This document shows positions 20,084-33,356 of a DNA stretch of 64,000 nucleotides, in pieces (position 1 is the stretch's first letter; every line of letters starts with the position of its first letter). The position numbers and the translations under genes were made by a program. This DNA comes from Gordius albopunctatus. Taxonomy: Eukaryota. Under the pieces are notes generated by a model, which did not search any database, was not told where the DNA came from, and was given only the letters and a program-made list of their open reading frames with translations. Where the stretch lies: the NCBI GenBank assembly GCA_964276515.1, contig OZ193909.1, positions 17,608,001 to 17,672,000 of the forward strand. The letters run 5' to 3'.

Positions 20084-20208
20084 GCGTCACCTTCTGCATT
20101 GTAAATTTAACAAAAGAAGGTTTAACAGGCACCAAAAAACACATTGTTACAAGCTGCCCTCAAACGGGCAAAAGTTTCCACTGTCCTTGAACCGTCAAAG
20201 CCCTCTCT
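20084..20208 (+). mobile_element. Degenerate fragment of a related CRE-like element
   Basis: Translates with one frameshift as RHLLHCKFNKRRFNRHQK..LQAALKRAKVSTVLEPSKPS, colinear with RHPLHCLANKYKYVRHTK..IQAALKKAKIPSILEPSDPS of the 34-35 kb element. Confidence 0.7.
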
Positions 20209-20720
20209 TAAATGGCGAATTTATTTCTTTAATTTTATAATTTAGATGTAGGTAATCCTCAACAATCTAATTTAGATAGATGTGATTGATTCTCAAGAGC
20301 CCTTTCTAAAAAATAATTACCATAAAATTATTAGAAATTTATTTTCTTAAAATTGAAAAAAGCCTAATATTACATAATCATTAAGGCGTAATGTTGAAAG
20401 TATTTATTACATTATATGGTTAATAAAATATTATTTTAAAGTATTTTATATCAAATAATTTATTAGTCTTATGTAGGTGTACCTAAATTTTAGATAACAT
20501 TTATAAATATATGACCCTTATCGGTGTTTAATAAGGCACGTTCAAGAAGGTTGTTACATTTATCGTCCTGTTTTTTTATATATGGCTGTTCTTGCCACAT
20601 AAATGGTAATTATAAGAAACGCTTTTTTAAAAATCCTTGTGTATACTAAAATAAATGGTAAGTGTAGCCAGGCCTCCCATTCTCTTTTTAATACCGTATG
20701 ATGACGCTATTTAACTAGGT

Positions 20721-21326
20721 ATGTCTGCTAGTTTTCAAAGACAAACACTTAATTATCTAAAAAGCAAAGAGTTTCGTTCATATCTTGCTAGGTAAATTTA
20801 ATTTTCCAATTTTATTATAACAGAAAATTTATTAATTAAAAACAGCACTGTAAGTATCAATGTGATAAATATTTTATTCTAATTAATCCTTTTAAATGAT
20901 ATAATAAAATTATATCTGCTTGTATTTTTAAGCATTTCTGGGGACCATGTAAGTTATACAAAATTTTAAGTTTAATGAGAACTATATTTGGTCATAATGT
21001 ATATTTATCAAATTTATTTTAGTAGCAAATTGGGGACTTCCTATTGCTGCCCTTCTTGATGTATATAAAAGTCCTGAAATAATAAGTGGAAAAATGACAT
21101 TTGGTAAAATAAGCTTTATTTATAATTATTTTATAGCATTATCAATGTACTCATTAATGTTCATGCGGTTTGCATGGAAAGTTCAGCCAAGAAACTATTT
21201 GCTATTGGCCTGTCATGCAACAAATGAAGTTGCACAATTAGTACAAGGTTCCAGACTGATTCATTATAGGTTATTAAATAAAAAGTTTCTTATTTTTATA
21301 GGTATTCCAAAGAATCATCCTTGTGA
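20721..21326 (+). CDS. MPC1: Mitochondrial pyruvate carrier 1
   Basis: Exons 20721-20791, 20846-20849 (4 nt), 20933-20948 (16 nt), 21023-21103, 21137-21269, 21302-21326 give [109 protein letters not shown], the MPC1 signature. Confidence 0.95.
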
Positions 21327-21492
21327 AGAATTCTCAATATTGAAATTGTTGTTATTATGATTTTTTGTATGAGATGCTAAAGATCTTTTTGACTTGACAA
21401 TTAAACTTGTAAATTGCCTTTAAACATCTGAAGCTTTAGTTATATTACAAAACTTGCAATCTCTTTAACCTTTTGTTTTTTTTATTTTGTGA

Positions 21493-21496
<4 letters not shown>

Positions 21497-21541
<45 letters not shown>
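21497..21541. repeat. (AT)~22 microsatellite downstream of the MPC1 stop
   Basis: Read directly. Confidence 0.9.
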
Positions 21542-21542
<1 letters not shown>

Positions 21543-22234
21543 CTTTATCTAGTAATATGAAATAGCAAAATTTAATATAAACAACTTGCCAACCAGATTT
21601 ATTCGTTACAGGATAATATGATTTGTGTGTTTTTATTTATCAGCCCTAATAATCTTCATTGCTTTTTTAGTATGATCATATTAATTATCTCATTATATAA
21701 TTTAAATATTAAGAAATTTATGTAGACTTCTGTAAGCTAAAACAAACTTTATAAATAATTACCACTTTATTCAATAACATTTTAATTAAGAGTGCAATTT
21801 AATAAAAAATGTCATCAGTCATTTATTTCAGAGAATATCCAGGGTTTCTTTTGGAGTGTAAGAATAAATAAAAAAAATTGATACTTTGAATATAAAAATT
21901 AAGGTTATATATACAAAACTTTTGGTGCTGAATCACTGTTACCAGCCTTTCTTAATGTGTTTAAAAATAAAATAAAACGTATATAAAATGAAAATTCGTG
22001 CCTACGTTTACAAAAAAGTTCTACAACACGTAAGTGTTTAGAACAAAAATAAATAAAATAAAAGTGACGCTTTTAAAAATAAACGTCAACAAGATAAAAG
22101 TAGGCCTTATCATGTTAAAATATACAATGAATAACTAAAACTAACAATCAGGAAAAACTGGGTATAGCTAGACGTCGTTATTAGTACAACGTAATTAATT
22201 ACATAGGTCTTTACAAGAAAACAACCTGCAATCA

Positions 22235-22445
22235 GGCCTATAATTCTGATAAGGAATTTTGCGCTGAACAATAATATGTTTTTTGTTTTTTCCCAAAACT
22301 TCCAGTTTTTTATATAAACGATGTTGAAGGCAAATTGCCAGGCATTTTTAATTTATTCCCGTAAGGTTCATTATTTTAGTTTTTTGTTTCACCTCTATAT
22401 GTATATTTATATGCTTTTACGTGAACCCCCTTATCAAAAAACGAA
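22235..22445. repeat. Unclassified dispersed repeat; inverted relative at ~26578-26855, related pieces at ~5745-6005
   Basis: Shared blocks ataattctgataa..aattttgcgctg, tttacgtgaacccc..cttatcaaaa and aaacga(t/g)gttgaagg. Confidence 0.6.
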
Positions 22446-23269
22446 TTTTTAGTTTAGGAACCCACGCAAAAAATATAACCATTCTCGCTGCTTCATCTCA
22501 GTACTGTGTACGATTATTGTAACTTTTTATTTGTTTGATTGCTAAGCCGTGCAAATATTAATTTTTATTTGTTGATTGCTAAGCTATGCAATATAACTCT
22601 TTATTTTAATTCCTTCCAGCACGAAATTCTTTTATTTTTTCCTGACCTAATCCCGCGCCATCATTACTGTTTTATTTTTTTCGATTTTAATTTTGACAAT
22701 TATTTTTATGCAAATGTACATTACTACTAGTGATGCGGAAAAACCGAGAAAAATCTCGGTCTCGTCTTGAAAAACCGAGACGAGAATTTGAAAAATTGAG
22801 TCGAGACGAGACGAGATTTTATCAGCGAGATCTCGGCTAAACTTTTGTTTTTAACTATTGAGTCTTAATTTAGCTAATTAAAGTTTTTTATTTTAAGATT
22901 TACATTTAGGATATTAAATAAGGATTACTATAACCTTTACCCTACTGAAGTTAATAAGGTATCAAAACTACCCCAAAAAAATTTCAGTCAACCTAGATGC
23001 TTCAGAAAATATAAGCATTAACATTTATTATATATCAAACATAACTAAAAATGAATAAATAATTGTTTATAATATATATTATATAATTAATTATGAAATA
23101 ATTTTTTAACTAACACATTGGACAAATTTCATACAATATCACTGAATTTTTTGCAAAATGCCGCAATTTATCAATAAATTAAAAAATATGAACATAAGCT
23201 TTTTTAGTACGTAATTATTTTATACGAAAATTAATAATAAATGGATTAAGTACATTTCGTTATATATAA

Positions 23270-25026
23270 CTAGATGAACCCGGCAAACGTTGTTTTGCCA
23301 TTTACCCGGGGTGTGTATTAAATTATGTTGGAATTTTAGGGCATATATGATGATAAAGCGGTTATTGAAGTAAAAATAATTTTTGATAATTTTGAAACAA
23401 ATATTTAAAGAGGGTCCAAGGCCCAGGCCCACCCAAGAGAGAAAACCTGGCCCCATGCCCCCCCCTAAAGGGAAAAATATTTGGCCCCCTGGCCCTTCAA
23501 GCAATTTTTTTTATATTTTTGTAATTAAGAAACAATATCATAATTATTTATTTCTGAATAAAACTTTATATTTTGAACTTAATAATGTCCGAATAACTGA
23601 GATATATCAACATTTATTGGCACTTTGTTAAAAGTATTTTCATTTTTCTCCTTATTTAACGCGCAAAAAATGACAAAATTAGATTTTTTAATTTATTTAG
23701 CCACACAAGAGAAGATACGACCGAAGATACGACCGTCCTATAATCTCATGAAAAATTTTGGATAGTCGAGAAAATGTTTTTTTTAATCTGACCCCCCTAA
23801 TTCAAAACCTGCGTACGCCCATGCTTTGATTTAATGTTCCCAAATCGTAAAAAGTTTCCATTTTCCGCAGCACATGCCTAATCCAAGAATGAAAAAATCC
23901 TATTAGAAAGAAATTTTATTTATTTCAAGTTTAATTGATAAATTTTATGTTGTCACCGTCAAAAAAAGATGACGTTTTAGAAAATATTATATAAGTGATA
24001 CATTTTTACTAAAGAACTGTATATATTCAAATTTTCAAAGAACAAGATGAGGTTGCGTTTGATTGACATTTTAACGTCAAAACGTATAGAACAAAATATC
24101 TCGAAAACTACTGGACCGATTTGGCTCGAGCATATCTTAAAACATGCTCCGGAGTGTGAGGAATAAACTGTGAAATTTTTAAGCCAAATCGGTCCGGTAG
24201 TTCTCCAAAATTGGTGGCGGCATACATACATACATACATACATACATACATACATACATACATACATACATACATACATACATACATACATACATACATA
24301 CATACATACATACATACATACATACATACATACATACATACATACATACATACATACATACATACATACATACATACATACATACATACATACATACATA
24401 CATACATACATACATACATACATACATACATACATACATACATACATACATACATACATACATACATACATACATACATACATACATACATACATACATA
24501 CATACATACATACATACATACATACATACATACATACATACATACATACATACATACATACATACATACATACATACATACATACATACATACATACATA
24601 CATACATACATACATACATACATACATACATACATACATACATACATACATACATACATACATACATACATACATACATACATACATACATACATACATA
24701 CATACATACATACATACATACATACATACATACATACATACATACATACATACATACATACATACATACATACATACATACATACATACATACATACATA
24801 CATACATACATACATACATACATACATACATACATACATACATACATACATACATACATACATACATACATACATACATACATACATACATACATACATA
24901 CATACATACATACATACATACATACATACATACATACATACATACATACATACATACATACATACATACATACATACATACATACATACATACATACATA
25001 CATACATACATACATACATAATAAGA
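23270..25026 (-). mobile_element. Non-autonomous Helitron, family A, with greatly expanded microsatellite
   Basis: Reverse complement of 11415-12379 over 23270-24220; CTAG 3' end at 23270, TCTTAT 5' end at 25026. Confidence 0.85.
24221..25020. repeat. Perfect (CATA)200 tetranucleotide array, 800 bp
   Basis: No interruption seen; source of the five MYVC/HTYI pseudo-ORFs. Confidence 0.97.
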
Positions 25027-26427
25027 TGGGATGTCACACTATAATATTGTTTAAATTTTCTATTTAACATTATTCATTAATTTATATATGTCCAATAAAC
25101 GTAAGATTTCAAAGATTTTATGTTTTTCCAACAATAATGCCTATTTTATTGTATTTAATTTACAATATTCAAATCTTTACTTGTTATAAATAATGATAAT
25201 ATTATTAAAAGTTTAATCTCGCATTTTTGTCATTATTTTAACGTTATTATATAAGATTTCGATAATTTTAAAATATGCTGATATTATTAAACTTTATCCT
25301 CTTATTGAGTCTTACTTAGCTAGGAACTAAAATACCTTCGAGTAATCTAATATAACACCTATATTAATGCTTCTTACCTTATACTCATCTAGCTTGTGTT
25401 CTGAGATTCGAGATAAAAGATAGGTTCCATTTTGACAAATTTATATCTTATATAATAACTCATAAGAGCCAGAAAAAAATATATGGTATAATTATTTTTG
25501 TAGGTAATCGCACCCGAGACGAGACGAGATTTTGCTTTCGAGACCGAGACGAGATCGAAACACTATACATTATTTATCTTATGATATAGTTACATAAAAG
25601 CTGTTAATCAATTTTTCATAACAAAGAAAAGTAAGCTCATCACAGAGCTCTAGTTACAGTTTAAATATACATAGCTTATATGTAGGTTTTTATTGAAGAC
25701 AAGGTAAGAGGAGAAATGTTATTTTATAGATCAAAGTCCTTTAATTTCATTAGGATTGCATGGCACAAATAGTATATATAATAAGGGGACCTTTGAAGAA
25801 AATATATACAATCTAAATTTTGCCTATTGTTCCCCTAATTTTTTTTAACTTTCACTCACGCTTTTAGTCTAACGCTCAATTCTTTACATCTAGAATCGAT
25901 AGCGCTATTGTTTAATTTTCCCCTTCCCACTCCCCTACTATAACGGTTTTATTTTTAAACGACTCAGCCAGCCTATATCGTTCCTAATAACTATTTGCGA
26001 AAAAAGGCAAGTTTTTAACGAATTACCGACATCTTGTAGATAATCTTGATAATTGTTTTTACTTAATTACTTTCCCTCTCCCTCCTTGTCTCCCTTTTTT
26101 CTATGCTAACGGAGGCGGGCATTGACACCTAAATCAATACGTTCAAATGTGAAGTACCTCAGCAACAATTGTGAAAATGCGTCCTAAGCAAGTTGAAATC
26201 CACAAAGGTGTGGCTGAATTCTCTGTCGTGATGAAAAGAAAAGACTCAACTTCCCACATCATTTATCAATTAGCGTGAGTCAGAGGCCCAAACTAGTGAA
26301 CCATGGAGAGCCTTCGAGTCCTCCTACCACAGTCTCAAGGGAGAATCGTATCCTTATAATTTATATGCTTTTAGTAGTTGCATGCATGTATGTCTAACAC
26401 AATAATTAATTACGCTTTTATATACTA

Positions 26428-26500
26428 ACACACTAACCTACTAACAAATGAACACGTAACCCCTGGTTATCGTGGCCCGAGATGCACCGCCTAGGTGTCA
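26428..26500. repeat. Unclassified dispersed repeat; inverted relative at 47928-48005
   Basis: actaacctactaacaaatgaacacgtaacccctggttatcgtggcccgagatgcaccg matches the reverse complement of cggtgcatctcgggccacgttaaccagaggttacatgtccttttgttagtgggttagt. Confidence 0.7.
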
Positions 26501-27124
26501 AATGGGACTTAATCTTAGCTTTCCGATTTAGCTAAGTTCTTAAATGTCAACTCCGTTTTCCAACCATAGTGGGGCGAATTTTGATAAGGGATGGGGTTCA
26601 CGTAAACGTGTATAAATTTAAATATTGAGATGAAACAATAAACTAAAATAATGGACATATAGTTGAAACTATAACAATTAATATATTTCAGTATAAATTA
26701 ATAATGCCGTGGCAATATAGCCTCAAAAAAAGTTAAAATAAGGATTTTTTGCACCTTCAACCTCGTTTATCTTAAAAACAGGAATTTTAGAAAAAACTAA
26801 AGACAGGTTATTTTCCAGCGCAAAATTTTATATCAGAATTATTGCTCTGATTATGGGATAGAATCACAAAGTCAATATTTGTAGACCTGTGTTATCAACG
26901 CCAATATTAATAGTATAAATTTGAATGGAATATATTCTACCATAGGGAATAAGAACAAAATCACATAGAACTCAAAGTCACTAAGGAAAAACGTTTGTCG
27001 GGGGTGCGTAAAAGTCTTATAATTTTTTTAATATATTTTTGGACATGAAGATTATATAAGAAAATTTTAATTCATTACTTGAATTAACTACTAATTGTAT
27101 AACACTATTAGCGACGGTTCCCAA

Positions 27125-29510
27125 TCTGTGTGCAGAATGTGGGCCATTGCCGTTGAGAAGATAGATTAGAGGTGTGCATGAATCATATTTTTTTTATCCG
27201 ATCCGATCCGAGGGGTTTTTGAAGAATTTCATATCAATCCGATCCGATCCGAGTTTTTTAAAATCTAAATCCGATTTGATCCGAGTTTTGACGGATCGGA
27301 TCGGATTGATCCGTGCACACCTCTAGTGTGTATTAGAGGTGTGCATGGATCATATTTTTTTGATCCGATCCGAGGGGTTTTTGAAAAATTTCATATCCAT
27401 CCGATCCGATCCGAGTTTTTTAAAATCTAAATCTGATCCGATCCGAGTTTTGACGGATCGGATCGGATGTCGGATCGGATTGATCCGTGCACACCTCTAA
27501 GATAGATATGCAGGAAGGGCGATGAAAGGGAAGATTGAAAGGAAAACCTTCTAATCGCTATGAATGTATATGCTCCTTAAATCAGGGGTTTGGAAACTAA
27601 TAAGGACATCATCGAATTATTGTAAATGATGATACAAGGAATATGTCAATACAAAAAGCTAATTATTGGAGTAGACTTAAATGGCCACACGGAAATAGAT
27701 TGTTACGATTAAGGACAAAATTATAGAGGGCATGCCCTAGAGAACAAATAAGGGGAGAAATCAGTCCAAGTTTATCATGCCAATGACATGGCGATAGTTA
27801 AAACTACACCCAAAATCGTGAAGTCCTATAGCTGACTATCTGTTCATATAAGAAGAAAGGTATATCAACTTTGACCTAGATACGAAAAACTAGAGGAAAC
27901 CAACCAGCAACAAATATCTCCAGATATCCTATACAATATTGGGTGTCATGAAGCTAGAACAAAACTTATATAAGCGTTGAAAGACGCTGATTGCGGACAT
28001 TTAGGAAACGGTGATACAGGTTCTAGGACGACCAAAGCAGGAAAAGCTTTTGATAGAGATCCATGATGAGGAAAATATCCGGTTAGAGACATCAAAAAAG
28101 AGAAAATCTTTATTTAAACGGTGGCTTAACCAAAGTAGTCAGCGGATTATCAAGAATATAAGGAAGCAAGGCTGCGAAAAAGGCCGTTGCAATAGCGAAT
28201 AAACTTACGCCTAGATGATCAAAAACCGGATAATAAAGGAGATAACAGGCGTATGTACAAATTCAACATAATAAGGAAGAAAAAAAGTCGCGATTTCGGG
28301 GTCTTGAAATTAGTCAAAAATGAGGACTATTAAACTATATTCAAATTGTAGGATCCGATGGAAAACCGGAAAGGATGTTTTAATCAACTTATGCATAACT
28401 TTTGCAAGTGATAAAGATCCCCTTCCCGAATATAGAACCAAATTTATATATGATCCAACTCTTTCAGGCGGATGAAGAAGAGTGGGACAATTACAAGCTG
28501 ACTTGCCATTGTTTAAACGTATGGAAAGAATTCAAGTAACATGATGAAGAAGGAAGAAGACATTACGGCCTACCAGTAATATTTGTGGCGAGCAAATCCA
28601 TAGTGGGCCCGATCTTCGCACTTAAGTAAATGATGGATAAACGTGGAAATAAAATATAAAATATGTTCTTTATGAATTAGATGTAGGCTTATGACTTTTT
28701 ACTCGCTAATTACTATGGTAATGTTTAAAAAGATGAAATGCTCCTGATGTATATGCGTCTCATGAAAAATATATATTTGATGTTTCAAAATCTAACGCTA
28801 AAACGAATTTCGGGATTTTAAACTCTTTTGGTTGGATAATGAGTTACATAAAGGGCCTGCACTAAGGCCTCCTTTCATTATAATTTTGGACCCCATAACA
28901 GGCTATCTACTTAATATATGTTATATGCCGTGGGATATGAGGAGTCAAAGAAAGAAGACTTTGAAGGAGCCAAAAATGGAATTGGTAGGCGGTATTATAC
29001 CAGTAGGGGGACATCTTGCAGACACAGGGCCATGAATCCAAAAACAATTGTGATTATCAAGGCATATTCGTCGCTTACAAGTAAGGCATTAGGGTTTTAC
29101 GATTAACGTACGTGAAATAAAAAACTTGATTCAATAGAAAATCCGTTTAGGAATTTATTTTAAAGTTTGGGTTGTTTTAAATTTGGAAACTGTTTAATTA
29201 ATTATATTTGAGCATGATTTAATGACAAAAACGAGGTTTCTGGTTTAATTTTAATGTATTGATAATATTGGAAAAAATGGTGACACATAGGATTCAAGAA
29301 AAGACATATAAAAACTAGAAAGTTATAAATTGTTTACCTTATATTAAGCATTATGTGATATTTATAAACTACGAACTTCTTCTGTTAAAGGTTTTAAATA
29401 GAAAAAGAATATAATTTTAAGAGGAATTTTATAAGATGTTAATTATGAACATGTAGCGTTGGATGTGGTGTAGCCAAATTAAGAGTATTTCTGGAATAAA
29501 TTACATGGAT
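27125..29510 (+). mobile_element. Heavily decayed RTE-like LINE relic (endonuclease and RT remnants), interrupted by a MITE dimer
   Basis: Remnant motifs NVYAP (~27564), DLNGH (~27674), KKRKSLFKRW, AYD (~28687), LHKG.ALRP..FIIILD (~28845), MNM*RWM (~29444); many stops and frameshifts. Confidence 0.65.
27167..27499. mobile_element. Head-to-tail dimer of a hAT-type MITE (27167-27325 and 27334-27499)
   Basis: Each unit has TIRs TAGAGGTGTGCA...TGCACACCTCTA and internal CCGAT/ATCGG pentamer arrays; 8-bp spacer gtgtgtat; outer perfect 8-bp TSD agatagat (27159-27166, 27500-27507). Confidence 0.9.
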
Positions 29511-30660
29511 GAATGCATTTTAAATCGATTATTTTTAGAAGGCAATACAAAATTATAATTTTGTATCGTAGATTAGTGATTTTATATACAAAGTTTTTAT
29601 TATACAAAAAACAAAATTTAAAACAATGTAGCCTCTATTAATTAATTCCTGCTTGGTGCGGTGCAATTTCATGGTTAAATCCGCGGGCTGGTGCGGGTAT
29701 GGGCCGGGCCGCAACTCAATATTTTGGCCGATGCAGACATCTAATAGCAAATGTATAATTATTATTTCATTTTTGCCTCCCCTAAACAATATATTTTTAA
29801 TATTAACTAATTGTCATAAAAATGCATATTAAAAATTAATCATAGAATATTTTCGTATTTTAACTGGATAATATGGCGCAAAGATACTGCGAGAACTGTT
29901 AACACACTAGTCATCAAATTTAAATTTATGCATAATATAATTTTATTTTTTTACTGTGAAAAAATGTATAATTTATTAACTTAATCTTTAAGGTATGCTA
30001 TCTAATTAAGGTTTGATAGTATAAACTATTTATCGTACTATAAATTGTTTGACCTAATCACATTGTAGGCATAAATTCCATAGAGGTTTAGTATATAATG
30101 GATATCCTAAATATATAGAGAAATATTTATATATCTCGCCAAATTTTTTTATAAATATATAAAACTGCAAAACATATGTTATAGTTTAGACACGGGTCTT
30201 GGTTAAGCTGACACAAGACGGACCTAATTTCGCTTTTGTAATTAAAAATAAATATTCAGTGAGCTTGCTAAAGTTTCAAAAACTTCTTACAGAACTCATA
30301 TGGTAATGTTACAATTTGTGAAAGTCCAATATATTATAGCTTGTGTGCCCTTATCACAATTTACAATGTCAAATTTGTTTTATGGCGCTCACTGTGCAAA
30401 CATAGATCACCTTTTATTATTTGGCTAACTCTAACTACTTAAAACAAATTAAACGCCAATTAAAATGTCTAATAAAACTTATAAAATTAAGAATAGTGTA
30501 AGGCCAAATCCATTTAAAAAAGTGCAGTATAGCCTTATCCAAATGATAATCGATTATGTAAATACACATATAGGACCAAAAGGCTTAACGAATTAAAGAT
30601 GTAAATTAAAATTGGCCCTTAAATTTATACAATTTGCCAATTACCCAACTTAACACTAGG

Positions 30661-30668
30661 TATATAAG
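30661..30668 (+). promoter_or_regulatory. Candidate TATA box of the serine protease gene
   Basis: TATATAAG 42 nt upstream of the ATG; weak evidence in such AT-rich DNA. Confidence 0.4.
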
Positions 30669-30702
30669 GCTTTTCAGAACTCTATTAGCAATCTTGTACT
30701 AA

Positions 30703-32032
30703 ATGCTCTCATATAGTTTTATCACCTTTGTAGTTATTGTTCAAATAATTTTATGTAAAGATATACCGGATAATAGAGGTTCGTGCAAATAATGTTCTTA
30801 AAATATTTTTATCGTTAGATGAGAATCGTATAACACCGAGTTATTATGACTGGGATAGTATGGTACCGGTTGAAAGCCAAGGTCAATCGAAAAATTTTGA
30901 TACCCAAGCATGGTATTCCTTACTGATTAGCATGCTTCAGGCGGCAAATTCAGACAATCAAAACGCAAATCCTGTTACGACTAAACCAGCAACAACACCA
31001 AAACTAACAACGACCGCAAAATCTCCTCTCGCTACGACTGCTAGTGCTCCGATCAATTCGGCATCTCAATGCGGCGTAGCCAAAGCAAAACCACTGGCAC
31101 CTAATTGTTCGGTCAGTTTGCAATCTATAGTAGGTGGTGTTCTCTCAGCAGTACGTGCGTGGCCATGGCAGGTTCGCAATAACATATGTTGAAATTAGCT
31201 TAAATGTTTTTAATATTATATAGGTGGCGTTTACCGTTTACGATCAGGCCATCTGTGGGGGTACCATAATAAGTCCCAATCACATTTTGACGGCAGCTCA
31301 TTGTACATCAAAATAGTGAGAGCTCTATGCAGTCTTTAAGAAATTAAATAATATGTTAATATTTTATAGCACGGCTGACCTAATGGGAATCATTGCGGGC
31401 ACCAATGATCTGAATTCGCGAAACGCAACCCGGCGAAAAGTATCGAAACTCATACAACACCAGGCTTATAACGCAGAAAGTGTAGCTAATGACATTAGTA
31501 TCTTAGTGCTTGACAAGGCTTTAACCTTTAATGACAACATATCGCCGGCTTGCTTGCCAACACCAACTGATAATGTGGTCACAGGAGAAGGCTGTTACGT
31601 AACTGGTTGGGGAGATACTCAAGGTAATTTAAAAATGACGATTTATAGATATAAAAAAGTATATTCCCTATATTAAAAGTGTTATTTATTTAGATTCCTC
31701 TATAAAAAATGAAAATGAATTGAGGGAGGTATGCTTAAACATCATTGATCATCAACAATGTGTAAACATTTTGGGAATATCCGATAAAGTACTTTGTGCT
31801 GGTGAAATGAAAGGTGGAAAAGATTCTTGCCAGGTAAACTTATATATAAAAAAATTAAATTTGATTTAAATAGGGTGATTCTGGAGGTCCTCTAGTATGC
31901 AAAAGAGGAGCTTCTTGGAAGATTATGGGAATCGTAAGTTGGGGCGTAGGATGTGCCAAACCGAATTTTCCAGGAGCTTACACGAATGTTGCTAAATATC
32001 GCGATTGGATCAAGCAGCAAATTAACATATAA
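30703..32032 (+). CDS. Secreted trypsin-like (S1A) serine protease
   Basis: Exons 30703-30778, 30819-31171, 31224-31315, 31370-31623, 31694-31833, 31874-32032. Hydrophobic signal peptide, Thr/Pro-rich linker, CG...IVGG, WPWQV, triad motifs TAAHC / NDISIL / GDSGGP, S1 Asp in GKDSCQ, GIVSWG..C..PG.YT.V. Confidence 0.95.
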
Positions 32033-33356
32033 AACATATTTAATCTATTATATTTTATGCTGTAAATCTAGTTTAATATATAATTTAATTTATGCTGTAA
32101 ACTAAAATAGCGCTTATAGATTTTACCCTAGCTCTTTATAAATTATAATTACATTATATGCATATCTAGTTTAGATTAAATAAACACATAAAACATCATA
32201 GATCAAAATTAAAATGAGGGACAAAAAATAATATACTGGTTTCGTAATGGTAACAAAAAATTATCAAACTTCTAACAGTGTTTTTAGATAAACTACATTT
32301 TATAAACCATCTCACACATTTTTTCGATTTTTTCCGATTTTAAACATTTAAAAAGCCTTTATAAACTTATGCAGTTATTTACCATTATGGATCAAGTTTT
32401 TATAAAATTAATTCTATCTATAATTTTTGTTAAGTCTATTAAAATTAATGGAAAAAATAAGTTATAGGAGGCACTTGGAGTTTTAATAAACGCCCGTTTT
32501 TCCAAAAAATGGTTTTTAAAAGTAATAAAGAATCTAGATATACGTCTCCTAACTAAAAAATAACAAGAACGCGATGAACCAAAGTACTAAGTTAGTCTCA
32601 TAATCTCATTCATGAATTGTAAATTGAAAAAGGGTGTTCTACCACCACAAACCTTATTTCGTATGTGACCTTAATTTAATATATTTTCAAAAAACTTTTA
32701 ATTTTTATCCCTATTTAATCATATCACATTATTAATTAGCAGGAATTTTGACCTTAAAAGGGAACTTAATTTTCTTATATTTTGTATAAAATATGATAGC
32801 ATCTAGTAAATGTCTATTCTAAATGCGTAGCTTTATAAGTGACATTTGTAAAATATTTATGAGAATAACCAACTATGCTTTTTAAGTTAAGGACTTTAAT
32901 GTGATTTATAATCAAAAGAAACATACTATGTCGCTATTTACATAATTTGATTTTTATTGTTCTAGCTGTTATGGGTCTCATTTGTAGGGTTGGTAATGTT
33001 TAGATATAACGCTCATTACATACAAAATAGACATTAATATTATAATTACTATATTTCTTTTTGGTCTATGACTAATTTTTTTACTTCTCTCGTATGTTTT
33101 TAAAATTTGCTTTATAATTACAAATGTTAAAAATATAAAATTAATAATATTTTAAATATAAGAATACAAATGAAAAGGATTACTATTAAAAACTCTTTTA
33201 ATGTCCATATCAGGGAATTCATAACTATATAAAAATAATATTAAATAAAAAATTATGCAATCATGATTAATAAAAAAGGATCAACATTAACGATCTATTA
33301 AAGTTACTAGAATGTTCTTTAGTTAATTTATTTACCATTGATACAAATTATGTTTC

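Larger units (their letters stand above)
22728..25565. mobile_element. Non-autonomous hAT-like element hosting the Helitron and (CATA)200
   Basis: Ends TAGTGATGCG... and ...CGAAACACTA with CGAGA/TCTCG pentamer arrays; near-TSD tacattac/tacattat (left copy offset by 3 nt); right end matches 459-520 in reverse complement. Confidence 0.65.

Noticed and set aside
23977..25070. Five long ORFs of (MYVC)n or (HTYI)n
   Set aside because: Translation of the stop-free (CATA)n microsatellite inside a Helitron; no coding evidence.
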